Source of the DNA: an uncultured Candidatus Saccharibacteria bacterium
GTDB lineage: Bacteria > Patescibacteriota > Saccharimonadia > Saccharimonadales > Saccharimonadaceae
DNA length: 50,971 nt
NCBI GenBank assembly: GCA_964365665.1
Contig: CAYIQY010000001.1
Span: 1 to 50,971 of the forward strand
Reading direction: 5' to 3'
Numbering within the stretch: the stretch's first letter is position 1; each line of letters starts with the position of its first letter. The position numbers and the translations under genes are program-made. A model generated the notes under the pieces. It ran no database searches, had not been told where the DNA came from, and saw nothing but the letters and a program-made list of their open reading frames with translations. This document shows, piece by piece, positions 8,019 to 15,996 of this stretch.

Positions 8019-9729
8019 AGAACTTGTCCGTTAAAGCTTTTTCATCTTCTGATACCTTGTGTCGTGCGTCGCTCATATCTGCGTAATTGAGGTACAATTG
8101 GTTTTCGTCCAGTACATCTGCCAGAGCCTCTTTGCGACCATCTAGGTCTAATTTGCGGAAGTCCTCGTCCTTTTCAAAGGCGTGACGGTCAAACCAGAAC
8201 TTCAAGAAGGCGTTGTTACGCATATCTACATACAGGTCTTCTAGCTCGCTCAGGCTTGTGGCTTCCATAATGCGTTCAACGTATTCTTGGTTGTACTTCT
8301 TGAGTTCAAAGTATACGAACGAACCGCCGCCGTTCCAGCCAACGTGGGTGCTTATACCGCCCTGTTCGCCAGCAACAACTTTTTTCAAGCGTTCCTTCGC
8401 CACTTCCTCAATATAGTCCATCTGCTCAATGCCAACCCAACGGCGATTCATCTTGTGAGCTACTGCTGAGGTAGTGCCAGAGCCAAGATGATAGTCTAGT
8501 ACAATATCACCTTCGCTAGAGCCCAGGGAGATTATCGTTTCTAGTAAGCCCTCTGGCTTTGGAAAATCAAATATCTTCTTGTTGCTAAAAAGTGCTTTTA
8601 TCTCAAGCGTTCCTCTGTCCGATAGCACTTCCTTGTTGTTCCAAATACTTGAGCGTGAACTTGTTTTTTCACGATACTTCTTGACGATTTGGTAGCCATT
8701 CTTTGCTTCCTTACCGAATATTATCTTATTGAGTTTTGGGCCAGCTGTTTCTTTGCTTTGTCGCCAGACTGTCTGTATGTCGCCAGACTTTTGCGGAATC
8801 ACCTCAATCCAGCCATGTTGCGGTTCAAGGCTCAACTCATAAAGACCATTTTCGTCTTTGTTATTTGGGTTCAAGTAAAAGGGGTAAAACAAGTTGGGAC
8901 GATTATCGACGTTGAAACTGGCGTTCCTATTGCGAAGTTCATAAAGGTCAAAACCACCCTCGCTATCGCTGTGCTTGAACTGCTTATCGTCATCAACTGC
9001 TTGGTGTAGTTCATATTCTGCAGTCTTAGAGTACATCAAGATAAACTCGTGTGTTTTTGATAAGGCTTCATAACTTCTGGTACGAGCGTCGGTTGCAACA
9101 GTTACAGTAGAGACAAAGTTTGAAGGCTGAAAAACCTCGTCCATAAGTACCTTGAGGTATGCCTGTTCATTATCATCGCAACTAACAAAAATAACGCCAT
9201 CCTCAGTCAGTAACTCACGAGCAACTTCTAAGCGGTTCTTCATGAACGCTAACCACGCCGAGTGATTGAAGCTGTCATTGTAGCGAAAACCATCGTTACC
9301 CGTATTATAAGGTGGGTCAATGTAGATAAGCTTTACCTGACCAGCCAGACGCTCTCGCAAAGTATAAAGCGCCAGTAGGTTATTGCCTTTGATGAGCAGG
9401 TTCTGGCTGAGGTTGCCTTCGCCATCAAAGAACTGAACATCATTGCTCGCAGTCAGCGACCTCTCACCCTCTTTATCAACGTAACTAAAGTCTGTCAGTA
9501 CCTTCGGTTCTTCTAGGGTGTCTATATCCTTGCTATCAACCTCTAGGTGTAGGAAGCGTTCTTCACGTCCGACATCTTCCTTGCTCATGCCAGCTTCAAG
9601 AATAGTGTCCTTGAAAGGAAAGTTTAGCACTACTCCAGTATCATTTTTGATAAAACCACCATTACTATACAGCCCAATTTTGTTGCTGTATTTTGTGTAT
9701 CGGCCTTTTCGTAATGAGTTATCAGACAT
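7999..9729 (-). CDS. mod: Type III DNA methyltransferase, Mod subunit (N6-adenine, beta class)
   Basis: 576 aa. The DPPYN motif (LIYIDPPYNTG) precedes the AdoMet motif LDYHLGSGTT. A GAGAGG SD is present upstream. Confidence 0.9.
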   Translation of the reverse strand: MSDNSLRKGRYTKYSNKIGLYSNGGFIKNDTGVVLNFPFKDTILEAGMSKEDVGREERFLHLEVDSKDIDTLEEPKVLTDFSYVDKEGERSLTASNDVQFFDGEGNLSQNLLIKGNNLLALYTLRERLAGQVKLIYIDPPYNTGNDGFRYNDSFNHSAWLAFMKNRLEVARELLTEDGVIFVSCDDNEQAYLKVLMDEVFQPSNFVSTVTVATDARTRSYEALSKTHEFILMYSKTAEYELHQAVDDDKQFKHSDSEGGFDLYELRNRNASFNVDNRPNLFYPFYLNPNNKDENGLYELSLEPQHGWIEVIPQKSGDIQTVWRQSKETAGPKLNKIIFGKEAKNGYQIVKKYREKTSSRSSIWNNKEVLSDRGTLEIKALFSNKKIFDFPKPEGLLETIISLGSSEGDIVLDYHLGSGTTSAVAHKMNRRWVGIEQMDYIEEVAKERLKKVVAGEQGGISTHVGWNGGGSFVYFELKKYNQEYVERIMEATSLSELEDLYVDMRNNAFLKFWFDRHAFEKDEDFRKLDLDGRKEALADVLDENQLYLNYADMSDARHKVSEDEKALTDKFYGATEN

Positions 9730-9810
9730 TCATCGCCTCTCGTATAATTATGAGTATTAAGCTGTATTAAATTATACCCTTTTCGCCTCTGTTTTGGTAT
9801 CCTTTGCTTC

Positions 9811-9854
9811 ATAAAAGAGAACGACCTCGTCTGTATGGTGGCAGACGAGGTCGT
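9811..9854 (-). terminator. rho-independent terminator
   Basis: 13-bp stem ACGACCTCGTCTG(9821-9833)/CAGACGAGGTCGT(9842-9854), followed on the minus strand by a T-rich run. Lies downstream of the 9878..10030 gene. Confidence 0.7.
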
Positions 9855-9877
9855 GGCGGGTGTTGTCTTGACTAGCG

Positions 9878-10030
9878 CTAGCGAGTCAGCCAGATGCCGA
9901 GCAGCCCGAAGGCGAATCCGACAAGCGCGATGCCGTCGCTCACGTTGTGCCCGAACGGATCCGTGAATGCGACGAACGTGCAGACGACTGACAGGACAAC
10001 GGTCAAGAATGCTTTTGTCCCAGTGGACAT
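9878..10030 (-). CDS. small 2-TM membrane peptide (about 50 aa), G+C-rich
   Basis: Sequence MSTGTKAFLTVVLSVVCTFVAF...ALVGFAFGLLGIWLTR. An AAGGG SD-like box lies upstream. The ORF track starts it at 10072, so the start is ambiguous (a GTG or an upstream ATG are possible). Confidence 0.5.
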   Translation of the reverse strand: MSTGTKAFLTVVLSVVCTFVAFTDPFGHNVSDGIALVGFAFGLLGIWLTR

Positions 10031-10232
10031 TTCATTCACCCTTTCCAAGGTGCGGGCTCCTGGACGATCCAAGACGCCTTGTATTATAAATTATAACATA
10101 AGTACTATTATAAGTCAATATACACCCTATTCACCCCCGTTATACCAGCGAAAATATTTTCATCAAGGCCTCATCTGATTTTATATATATTTCATCATTG
10201 CGCTTATGTAATGAAAGTTGTATGATTACCGC

Positions 10233-10799
10233 ATGACCACCGAGTCAGGTATGTGGCAAAACCACCCACTACCTCAAGAAACAAAAACATACGAAACCGC
10301 ACAAGAAGAGGATGTAAAACGCGTGCTTCAGCTGGGCAAGATCTTTGGGAAGATGCTGAAAGTGGCAACCGGTCCTCGTGGATTGCCGCAGATCAGGGGC
10401 AATAGTGATGAGTTCGATCTGGATACTATACTTGTCCCGAGCAAACATAAGGCGGGATACGCACGTACGGCACTATTCAAAGATGGTTTATGGCTAAGAG
10501 CGACAACCGGCGACGATGATGATTTGACCCACTCTCTTCATACTCTGATGATCCGTAAGCACGATATTGATAATGAAAGACCGGATACGTATCAAATAAC
10601 CAGACTAAATATGGGCGGTGATTCCGACCCTGTCGATAGATATATGGAAGGCGTGGATCAAATAGCGACTAGAGTGGACGATATGTATGAATTCGGCAAA
10701 ATAGTACACTCGTTTGAGCTAGAGGCTGCAAGCCGCTGGCCGCGGGCGCTCTCGCTTGGTGAATTGACCTTTGCCCGCATTGCATTAGACAAATCTTAG
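10233..10799 (+). CDS. hypothetical protein
   Basis: The ORF track starts at the TTG at 10218. The first ATG (10233) lies 6 nt after a TATGAT -10 box, matching the leaderless pattern seen elsewhere. No motif recognised. Confidence 0.5.
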   Translation: MTTESGMWQNHPLPQETKTYETAQEEDVKRVLQLGKIFGKMLKVATGPRGLPQIRGNSDEFDLDTILVPSKHKAGYARTALFKDGLWLRATTGDDDDLTHSLHTLMIRKHDIDNERPDTYQITRLNMGGDSDPVDRYMEGVDQIATRVDDMYEFGKIVHSFELEAASRWPRALSLGELTFARIALDKS

Positions 10800-10882
10800 A
10801 CATACGAACTCAGGGGACTTTAAGAGTTATAATAGATGCAGGCAATCCAACCGGATTGTCTCGTACGGTATAGGAGTTAACA

Positions 10883-11704
10883 ATGAAAGCACTGAGGGCA
10901 ATAGTATTTGCCATCGCGATTGTGCTCGGTATGCTGGTGCTTCCTGCGCCTGCAGCAAGTGCCCAGGTCTGTCCGCCACCTCCAGCAAGTAGTGGCAGTG
11001 TCGCCCCGGGTTCGATGCAGGCCAGTGGTGTCAATGCGGGCAATGTGATCGACACGGTGCCCCAGTACCTCGAATGGGTCGTCCAGGACGCAGACCGCGT
11101 GTGGACGGACTGGTTCAAGCGCAATGGCATGTGCGAGCCGGAGGTCGGCTACGCACTCGTCGGCACCACCATGTCATCGTGGACGTCGAACTGCAAGATG
11201 CCCGATGGCTCGACACTCTATGTGACGCCGGACTACCCCAACGCGTTTTACTGTCCGGTCGACGACACAACGGGGGCCAATGGCCATGTCTACGCCGGAA
11301 CTGTCATCTTGCCGGTGACTACCTTTTACAAGATGTGGTTTGGTGACATCTTCGGCAAGAACAGCGGTGTCATGGGCGATTTTGCCGCCGGTGCGATCGT
11401 GGCGCATGAGTTCGGCCACAGCGTGCAGGACGAAATGTCCCAGCAACTAGGCTGGGCAGCACCGAAAGGGAAAAACAAGGAGCTGATCGCCGATTGCTAT
11501 TCCGGCGTGTGGACATGGTCTATCAACCAACGAGGTCAATTGGAGCAAGGCGACCTCGACGAGATCGCTGCTGCGCTCAACTTGATGGGAGATGCCGAGA
11601 TCACAGACAATGATCATGGCACCGTCCAAGAGCGAATTACGGCGGTCAATGTCGGCATGCAGAATGGCGACCCCATGAACTGCGTCTCTGCCTACTGGCG
11701 CTAA
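10883..11704 (+). CDS. secreted neutral zinc metallopeptidase (YpfJ/Zn_peptidase-like)
   Basis: Signal peptide MKALRAIVFAIAIVLGMLVLPAPAASA. HExxH motif (AHEFGHSVQ), followed by KELIADCYSGVW as in the YpfJ family. AGGAG SD present. G+C-rich. Confidence 0.7.
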   Translation: MKALRAIVFAIAIVLGMLVLPAPAASAQVCPPPPASSGSVAPGSMQASGVNAGNVIDTVPQYLEWVVQDADRVWTDWFKRNGMCEPEVGYALVGTTMSSWTSNCKMPDGSTLYVTPDYPNAFYCPVDDTTGANGHVYAGTVILPVTTFYKMWFGDIFGKNSGVMGDFAAGAIVAHEFGHSVQDEMSQQLGWAAPKGKNKELIADCYSGVWTWSINQRGQLEQGDLDEIAAALNLMGDAEITDNDHGTVQERITAVNVGMQNGDPMNCVSAYWR

Positions 11705-11795
11705 CCCTTCTACCCCTACGCACACCTCCTGTCAGGCACCATCTATATAGATATATGGAATGTCCTGGCAGGAGGATATTTCATTTATGGACAAT

Positions 11796-12482
11796 CTAAT
11801 TAAAACCTTCGATATTAAGTTCGACGCCTGACATGACATTTGCGAATTCATTATCGGCCAACATAACACAGCTGTTGTACGCGTGACGAGCAATGCCCGC
11901 ACCGACTTTGAAATACTTTGGCTTGGTTTCGTCATCGTAAAGGTCGGCTAGTAACTCGTCGGCTAGGCGTTTGAGCCTATTCGGCGGCAAATCTTCGTCC
12001 AGCGTGTCAGGAACTGGCGGACAATCCATACCATGTTCGTATGTACGTAACCCAAGTTCAGTCACCTTTTGGGCGAATACCTGAGGGTATGAACAATTCA
12101 CTGCCAGCGTGTCCGCAACATGGACAACCATTCTGTCGTCGAAATCATCCGGCATTGATTTGTGACTGGCGGCCAGGCCAAAAATGAGGCCGTCTTGGAA
12201 TGGACCGGCATTCCAAAAAAGTTCAGCCGGTGCTATATCAACAGATATACCCATTGCAACCATTGATTGTCCGAAATGCGGGGACATGAGCACTCGTTTA
12301 TGATGGCCGATAGTAAAGCCTGCCGTCATATGTGCTTGCGACCCCTCGTACTGGTCACGTAAATGACTGATATATGCATGTGGTGACGGTGAATCCAGAT
12401 CAAGATAATCGTCCCGCATTGCACGGACGGCTTTTTCGGTATCAGCAACCGCCTTTTCGTATCTGAACGGACCTAATGGCAT
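11796..12482 (-). CDS. hypothetical protein
   Basis: 228-aa ORF with no recognised motif. Confidence 0.5.
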   Translation of the reverse strand: MPLGPFRYEKAVADTEKAVRAMRDDYLDLDSPSPHAYISHLRDQYEGSQAHMTAGFTIGHHKRVLMSPHFGQSMVAMGISVDIAPAELFWNAGPFQDGLIFGLAASHKSMPDDFDDRMVVHVADTLAVNCSYPQVFAQKVTELGLRTYEHGMDCPPVPDTLDEDLPPNRLKRLADELLADLYDDETKPKYFKVGAGIARHAYNSCVMLADNEFANVMSGVELNIEGFN

Positions 12483-12613
12483 ATGTTAGTAATAGTACAG
12501 AACATCACTATTGGCAAGCACAGGTGTTATGGCAGTTGATCAGCAATCAAATATATGATATAATAATAATTAACCTCCACCAAGGAGCACATTTCGTCTA
12601 TGGAAGGAGTGAA

Positions 12614-12883
12614 ATGCAATCTCTCGCCGAGCAGGTCGCAGACCAGCGCAGTGAAGCAGAACGATTGTTTACCGCATTTAAGGCAGCGTCGAGTTACCAG
12701 CGTGTCATTCGCAAGGATGAGGACATTGTGGTGTATACCATCGCTATTAAAGTGATTCTGAAGAACGTCGATGCCAGAGTGTCCGATGGGCAATATGCGG
12801 ATGCCCACGACATGCTGGGTGATCTGCTGGACAGCTTGTACGAAAAGTGCAAAGAGCTTCCCCTACCCTTCCTGTCCGCCTAA
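12614..12883 (+). CDS. hypothetical helical protein (89 aa)
   Basis: A GGAAGGAG SD lies before the ATG at 12614. The upstream part of the tracked ORF (from 12476) overlaps the divergent gene start and is A+T-rich. A terminator follows. Confidence 0.5.
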   Translation: MQSLAEQVADQRSEAERLFTAFKAASSYQRVIRKDEDIVVYTIAIKVILKNVDARVSDGQYADAHDMLGDLLDSLYEKCKELPLPFLSA

Positions 12884-12901
12884 TCCCGTTGCAGTGCCTA
12901 T

Positions 12902-12934
12902 GAAAAGGCCCCGGCAACGGGGCTTTTCATTTTT
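12902..12934. terminator. bidirectional rho-independent terminator
   Basis: GAAAAGGCCCC/GGGGCTTTTC stem with an A-run before it and a T-run after it. Sits between convergent genes ending at 12883 and 12933. Confidence 0.75.
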
Positions 12935-13628
12935 ATGCAGCTAACTGAAGCTGATATGCGACTCGGGCACCCATAATTCGCGCAAAAACCTGAGTGGATG
13001 CAGCGCGCTGAGGCGGGATCGTGTCGTAGATGACACCATACGTATTCGGTAGCGTATCACCCCATGTTTCATACATAGCCGCCAGATCAAATGTGACAGT
13101 TGGACTCCCTTGTTGTCTGGCCGTTTCCTCTAACTCGTGAATCTCTCCACTTGTTGTGAAGCCACCGTCAGGCAAGGCAACGACTTGGTTCAGCCCGCTA
13201 TAGGTCGAGGCTGCAAAATCACCGATCAACACTTCGTTTACCTGGCGGGTTGCAGTGACGATATCATACGCCGGAGCAACAACTGCTTTTTTGCCGATTT
13301 GCGGGTTTGCTCGGACTGATGCGGTTATAAGTTCAAGCGCGGCGAATCCTTCTTTGAATGAGCTAAATTCGTCCTCCGTATATTTGACGGGTATGTCTAA
13401 TAGTTTCAGCGCATGATGAGCCATAAGGTGTAGCTGCCTTTGGTTATCTTCGAGGAATTTTCCTTGAGCATCGACGCCAGCATCCATCGATAGCATCGTC
13501 CTGAGTAAATCCGCGTTGCCTTCCAAAAGATCGACGCTTGGAAAGTTTTCTTGAGGGATAATTGGCATCCCGTGTATTACCTTTGATGAGGGAGTAAAGG
13601 GAGCATTTCTTTCTGTATTGAACGCCAT
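12933..13628 (-). CDS. hypothetical protein
   Basis: 231-aa ORF with a GAGG SD 8 nt upstream. No motif recognised. Confidence 0.55.
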   Translation of the reverse strand: MAFNTERNAPFTPSSKVIHGMPIIPQENFPSVDLLEGNADLLRTMLSMDAGVDAQGKFLEDNQRQLHLMAHHALKLLDIPVKYTEDEFSSFKEGFAALELITASVRANPQIGKKAVVAPAYDIVTATRQVNEVLIGDFAASTYSGLNQVVALPDGGFTTSGEIHELEETARQQGSPTVTFDLAAMYETWGDTLPNTYGVIYDTIPPQRAASTQVFARIMGARVAYQLQLAA

Positions 13629-13683
13629 AGGGTAACCTCATATAAATTTATTAAGGTAACTATACACTCTAGTATAAGAAATT

Positions 13684-13730
13684 GCAAAAAAATGCAGAAA
13701 GCTCCGTGACATCAGTCGCGGAGCTTTCTG
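13684..13730 (-). terminator. rho-independent terminator
   Basis: 12-bp stem CAGAAAGCTCCG(13695-13706)/CGGAGCTTTCTG(13719-13730), followed on the minus strand by T7. Confidence 0.75.
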
Positions 13731-13747
13731 GGCTAGCGGTGTTGATG

Positions 13748-13942
13748 TCACGGAGCTTGGACGGGTGGCATCTTCGATCCCATCGGGATCAGTAGACTGA
13801 CCCACCCTGCGAAGATGATGCCAAATCCCCAGGTAGGCGATGCGTTCCACAGAATGGCTGCGCCGCCTACGTTGCCACCGATGAAGGTGGTGGCAACGGT
13901 GCCTATTAGGAGTCGCCGATGGGACTTCGTGGTTTCGGGCAT
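13748..13942 (-). CDS. small 2-TM membrane protein (64 aa), G+C-rich
   Basis: An AAGGGA SD lies 7 nt upstream and a strong terminator downstream. Hydrophobic segments LLIGTVATTFIGG and WGFGIIFAGWVSLLI. Confidence 0.55.
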   Translation of the reverse strand: MPETTKSHRRLLIGTVATTFIGGNVGGAAILWNASPTWGFGIIFAGWVSLLIPMGSKMPPVQAP

Positions 13943-14095
13943 TGCAATTCCCTTTCGAAAGGAGCGGACACTTCTGGACTGACGAGTACAGATTGTCAGA
14001 TGTATTAATTAGACCACTTATATCAAAAAATATCAATAGTAAACAACGAAACGCTTTTGGTATACTGGTATCAGTAACTAACAAAGGTGGAAATT

Positions 14096-14158
14096 ATGTC
14101 AAAAGATAAAGGCCGTAAAGAAACTAAAAAGAAGAAAAAAGAAAAAGTAGCAGCATAA
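14096..14158 (+). CDS. candidate 20-aa lysine-rich micropeptide (MSKDKGRKETKKKKKEKVAA)
   Basis: AAAGGTGG SD 5-6 nt upstream, a TATACT -10-like box at 14061-14066, and a canonical terminator immediately downstream. Too short for the ORF track. Confidence 0.35.
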   Translation: MSKDKGRKETKKKKKEKVAA

Positions 14159-14161
14159 GTA

Positions 14162-14190
14162 AAGAGCGGGTTCTGCCCCGCTCTTTTTAT
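14162..14190 (+). terminator. rho-independent terminator
   Basis: AGAGCGGG(14163-14170)/CCCGCTCT(14177-14184) stem followed by T5. Confidence 0.75.
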
Positions 14191-14224
14191 AGCTCTAAAG
14201 GCTCTGTAGGAATATAATGGTAGT

Positions 14225-14644
14225 ATGAGCACACTAAAGACACAGAAGAATGATGCGAGCGTCACTGATTTTATAGACGCCGTTTCGGGTGAGACAAAAA
14301 GGAAAGATAGTTATGCGCTGCTAGAAATGTTTACGCGGATAACTGGCGAACAACCAAAAATGTGGGGATCAAGCATTATCGGATTCGGTCAATACCACTA
14401 CAAATCTGATAGAAGCACACAAGAGGGCGATTGGCCGTTGACGGCATTTTCACCGCGCAAGCAAAACCTCACACTTTATATTATGTTGGGATTCGATGAT
14501 TACTCTGACCTGCTAGCTGACCTTGGCAAGCACAAAACGAGTGTCGGATGTCTATATATTAATAAGCTGTCGGATGTCGATCGGGGCGTATTAGAAAAGC
14601 TTATTGACAAGTCATATGAGCAAATGAAGAAGAAATATCTTTAA
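14225..14644 (+). CDS. DUF1801 (YdhG-like) domain protein
   Basis: 139 aa. N-terminal ...VTDFIDAV...KRKDSYALLEMF..ITGEQPKMWG.SIIGFG.YHY is typical of DUF1801. TATAAT lies 6 nt before the ATG. Confidence 0.65.
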   Translation: MSTLKTQKNDASVTDFIDAVSGETKRKDSYALLEMFTRITGEQPKMWGSSIIGFGQYHYKSDRSTQEGDWPLTAFSPRKQNLTLYIMLGFDDYSDLLADLGKHKTSVGCLYINKLSDVDRGVLEKLIDKSYEQMKKKYL

Positions 14645-14712
14645 GGGCGGAGGAATTCGCTACATGCTTCCTGGCTGAACATGCAGGTCTAGTAGCGCAT
14701 TTACCTCACTGC

Positions 14713-15498
14713 TTATGGCCTTAATGCGCCAGCAAAGACTTGCCAGGCTAAAGCGCTCTTGGCCACCAGGCTTAGAATGACGTAAACCTTTTCACCGTAG
14801 AGATAATCACGCCATTTGCCAACCTTTTTGTACTGCAAGATCATATTGACCGCAAAGCAATTAAAAAAGAGGAAGATACTGGCATAAATATAGTAAACGA
14901 AAGTTGGGATATCGCCGGATCCATAAGATTCGCCCGCCCAGAAGTAGATACCGATAACTACCCATGGCAAAATACCAGCCATCGCGCCGACATTATATGC
15001 AAGCCAACTAACCTTTGCGCGTCCCTGGTTATAGATTTCCATCGCCAGACCCATGAGGTTCATGATAGCCGTCAAGCCAAATATCATTACCAGCGAACCA
15101 AGATCGTAAATCCCTGATAGCAGTGCGATACCGATCATCATAGTACTGGCACTTAACGCATACTCGATCCACCGCACTTTATTGATACCGTGTTTTAAAT
15201 TAGCTTCATAACGTCGACGGTATATGGTAGCCACAAACAAATGCGCGATAGCGCTAAGCAGGAAAAAGACAATGACAATATACGCTAGGTTAATATCGAA
15301 TATATTGTGGCTTGCCGATACTAAAACGGGCTTATCTAATGTTGACGATGCGTCAAGTGTCAGATGGTTGACTGTTACGGCCCATATACCGCGACTCGGA
15401 TCACTCAAAATGAAAACAGCCAGGGCCTGCAACGCATGCAGCCCCGCCATAATCAGGTTGAACCTTACTAAACTTTTGGTTGTTATTTTGTTACTCAT
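14713..15498 (-). CDS. heliorhodopsin
   Basis: 261 aa, 7 TM. From memory it is collinear with heliorhodopsin 48C12: LHALQALAV (His23 equivalent), SAIAHLF (His80 equivalent), RWIEYALSAS (counterion Glu107 equivalent), FLFFN, QYKKVGKW, and YVILSLVAKSALAWQVFAG carrying the Schiff-base Lys (K247, nt 14758-14760). Confidence 0.85.
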   Translation of the reverse strand: MSNKITTKSLVRFNLIMAGLHALQALAVFILSDPSRGIWAVTVNHLTLDASSTLDKPVLVSASHNIFDINLAYIVIVFFLLSAIAHLFVATIYRRRYEANLKHGINKVRWIEYALSASTMMIGIALLSGIYDLGSLVMIFGLTAIMNLMGLAMEIYNQGRAKVSWLAYNVGAMAGILPWVVIGIYFWAGESYGSGDIPTFVYYIYASIFLFFNCFAVNMILQYKKVGKWRDYLYGEKVYVILSLVAKSALAWQVFAGALRP

Positions 15499-15516
15499 AG
15501 TAAAATCACGAAATTA

Positions 15517-15735
15517 CTACGATTTTTTAGAAGAACTGCCGAGCATCTTAACCATACTGTATATGCAGTAAAGAGACGCCATACCGACAACGGCGTATAT
15601 TACGCGCGATACAATTGATCCTGTCCCAAAAAGTGAATCAACAAGGTTGTAATCAACCCAGCCAACGAGACCCCAGTTAAATCCTCCGATAATAAGTAAA
15701 AGCATGGCTACTTTGTCTAAAGTGTTCATTTTCAT
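15517..15735 (-). CDS. DUF378 small membrane protein
   Basis: 72 aa. IIGGFNWGLVGW..YNLVDSLFG...VIYAVVGMASLY matches the DUF378 signature. GAGGA SD present. Lies 18 nt upstream of the heliorhodopsin gene. Confidence 0.7.
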   Translation of the reverse strand: MKMNTLDKVAMLLLIIGGFNWGLVGWVDYNLVDSLFGTGSIVSRVIYAVVGMASLYCIYSMVKMLGSSSKKS

Positions 15736-15882
15736 AAGGATTCCTCGACTATTGTTGGTAGGCTAAGCATAAGCTTATTGTTTATGAATAGCAAACTTAC
15801 CTGGCTGGCAGTCCCGTTCGAATCCCGGCCGACTCAAGACTATGAAAAAAGCCCTAGATCTAAAGACCTACGACTTTTTTCA

Positions 15883-15957
15883 TGGCTGGGGCGGAGGGAT
15901 TCGAACCCCCGAATGTCGGCACCAAAAGCCGATGCCTTACCACTTGGCGACGCCCCA
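15883..15957 (-). tRNA. tRNA-Gln (anticodon UUG), CCA encoded
   Basis: The reverse complement is UGGGGCGUCGCCAAGUGGUAAGGCAUCGGCUUUUGGUGCCGACAUUCGGGGGUUCGAAUCCCUCCGCCCCAGCCA. It folds as a cloverleaf with a U1-A72 pair, anticodon stem UCGGC/GCCGA, loop UUUUGGU and a TPsiC loop UUCGAAU. From memory it is nearly collinear with E. coli tRNA-Gln. Confidence 0.9.
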
Positions 15958-15996
15958 ATAGCACGTGTTATTATATCATGATTTTGACAGCTATCT

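Noticed and set aside
7999-9729. Possible phase-variable simple-sequence repeats in the Type III mod gene.
   Set aside because: I saw no homopolymer or short tandem repeat tract of notable length within or just upstream of mod.
10810-11725. Minus-strand ORFs 10810..11130, 11174..11446 and 11447..11725, and the plus-strand ORF 11074..11346.
   Set aside because: All overlap the secreted HExxH peptidase gene, which has a signal peptide, an SD and family motifs. They are typical shadow ORFs of G+C-rich DNA.
13638-14084. A 148-aa minus-strand ORF spanning the 13748..13942 gene region.
   Set aside because: It runs across a strong terminator hairpin and an A+T-rich intergenic stretch. The product is His/Arg/Cys-rich and lacks an SD. 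The in-region 64-aa TM ORF has both an SD and a terminator.
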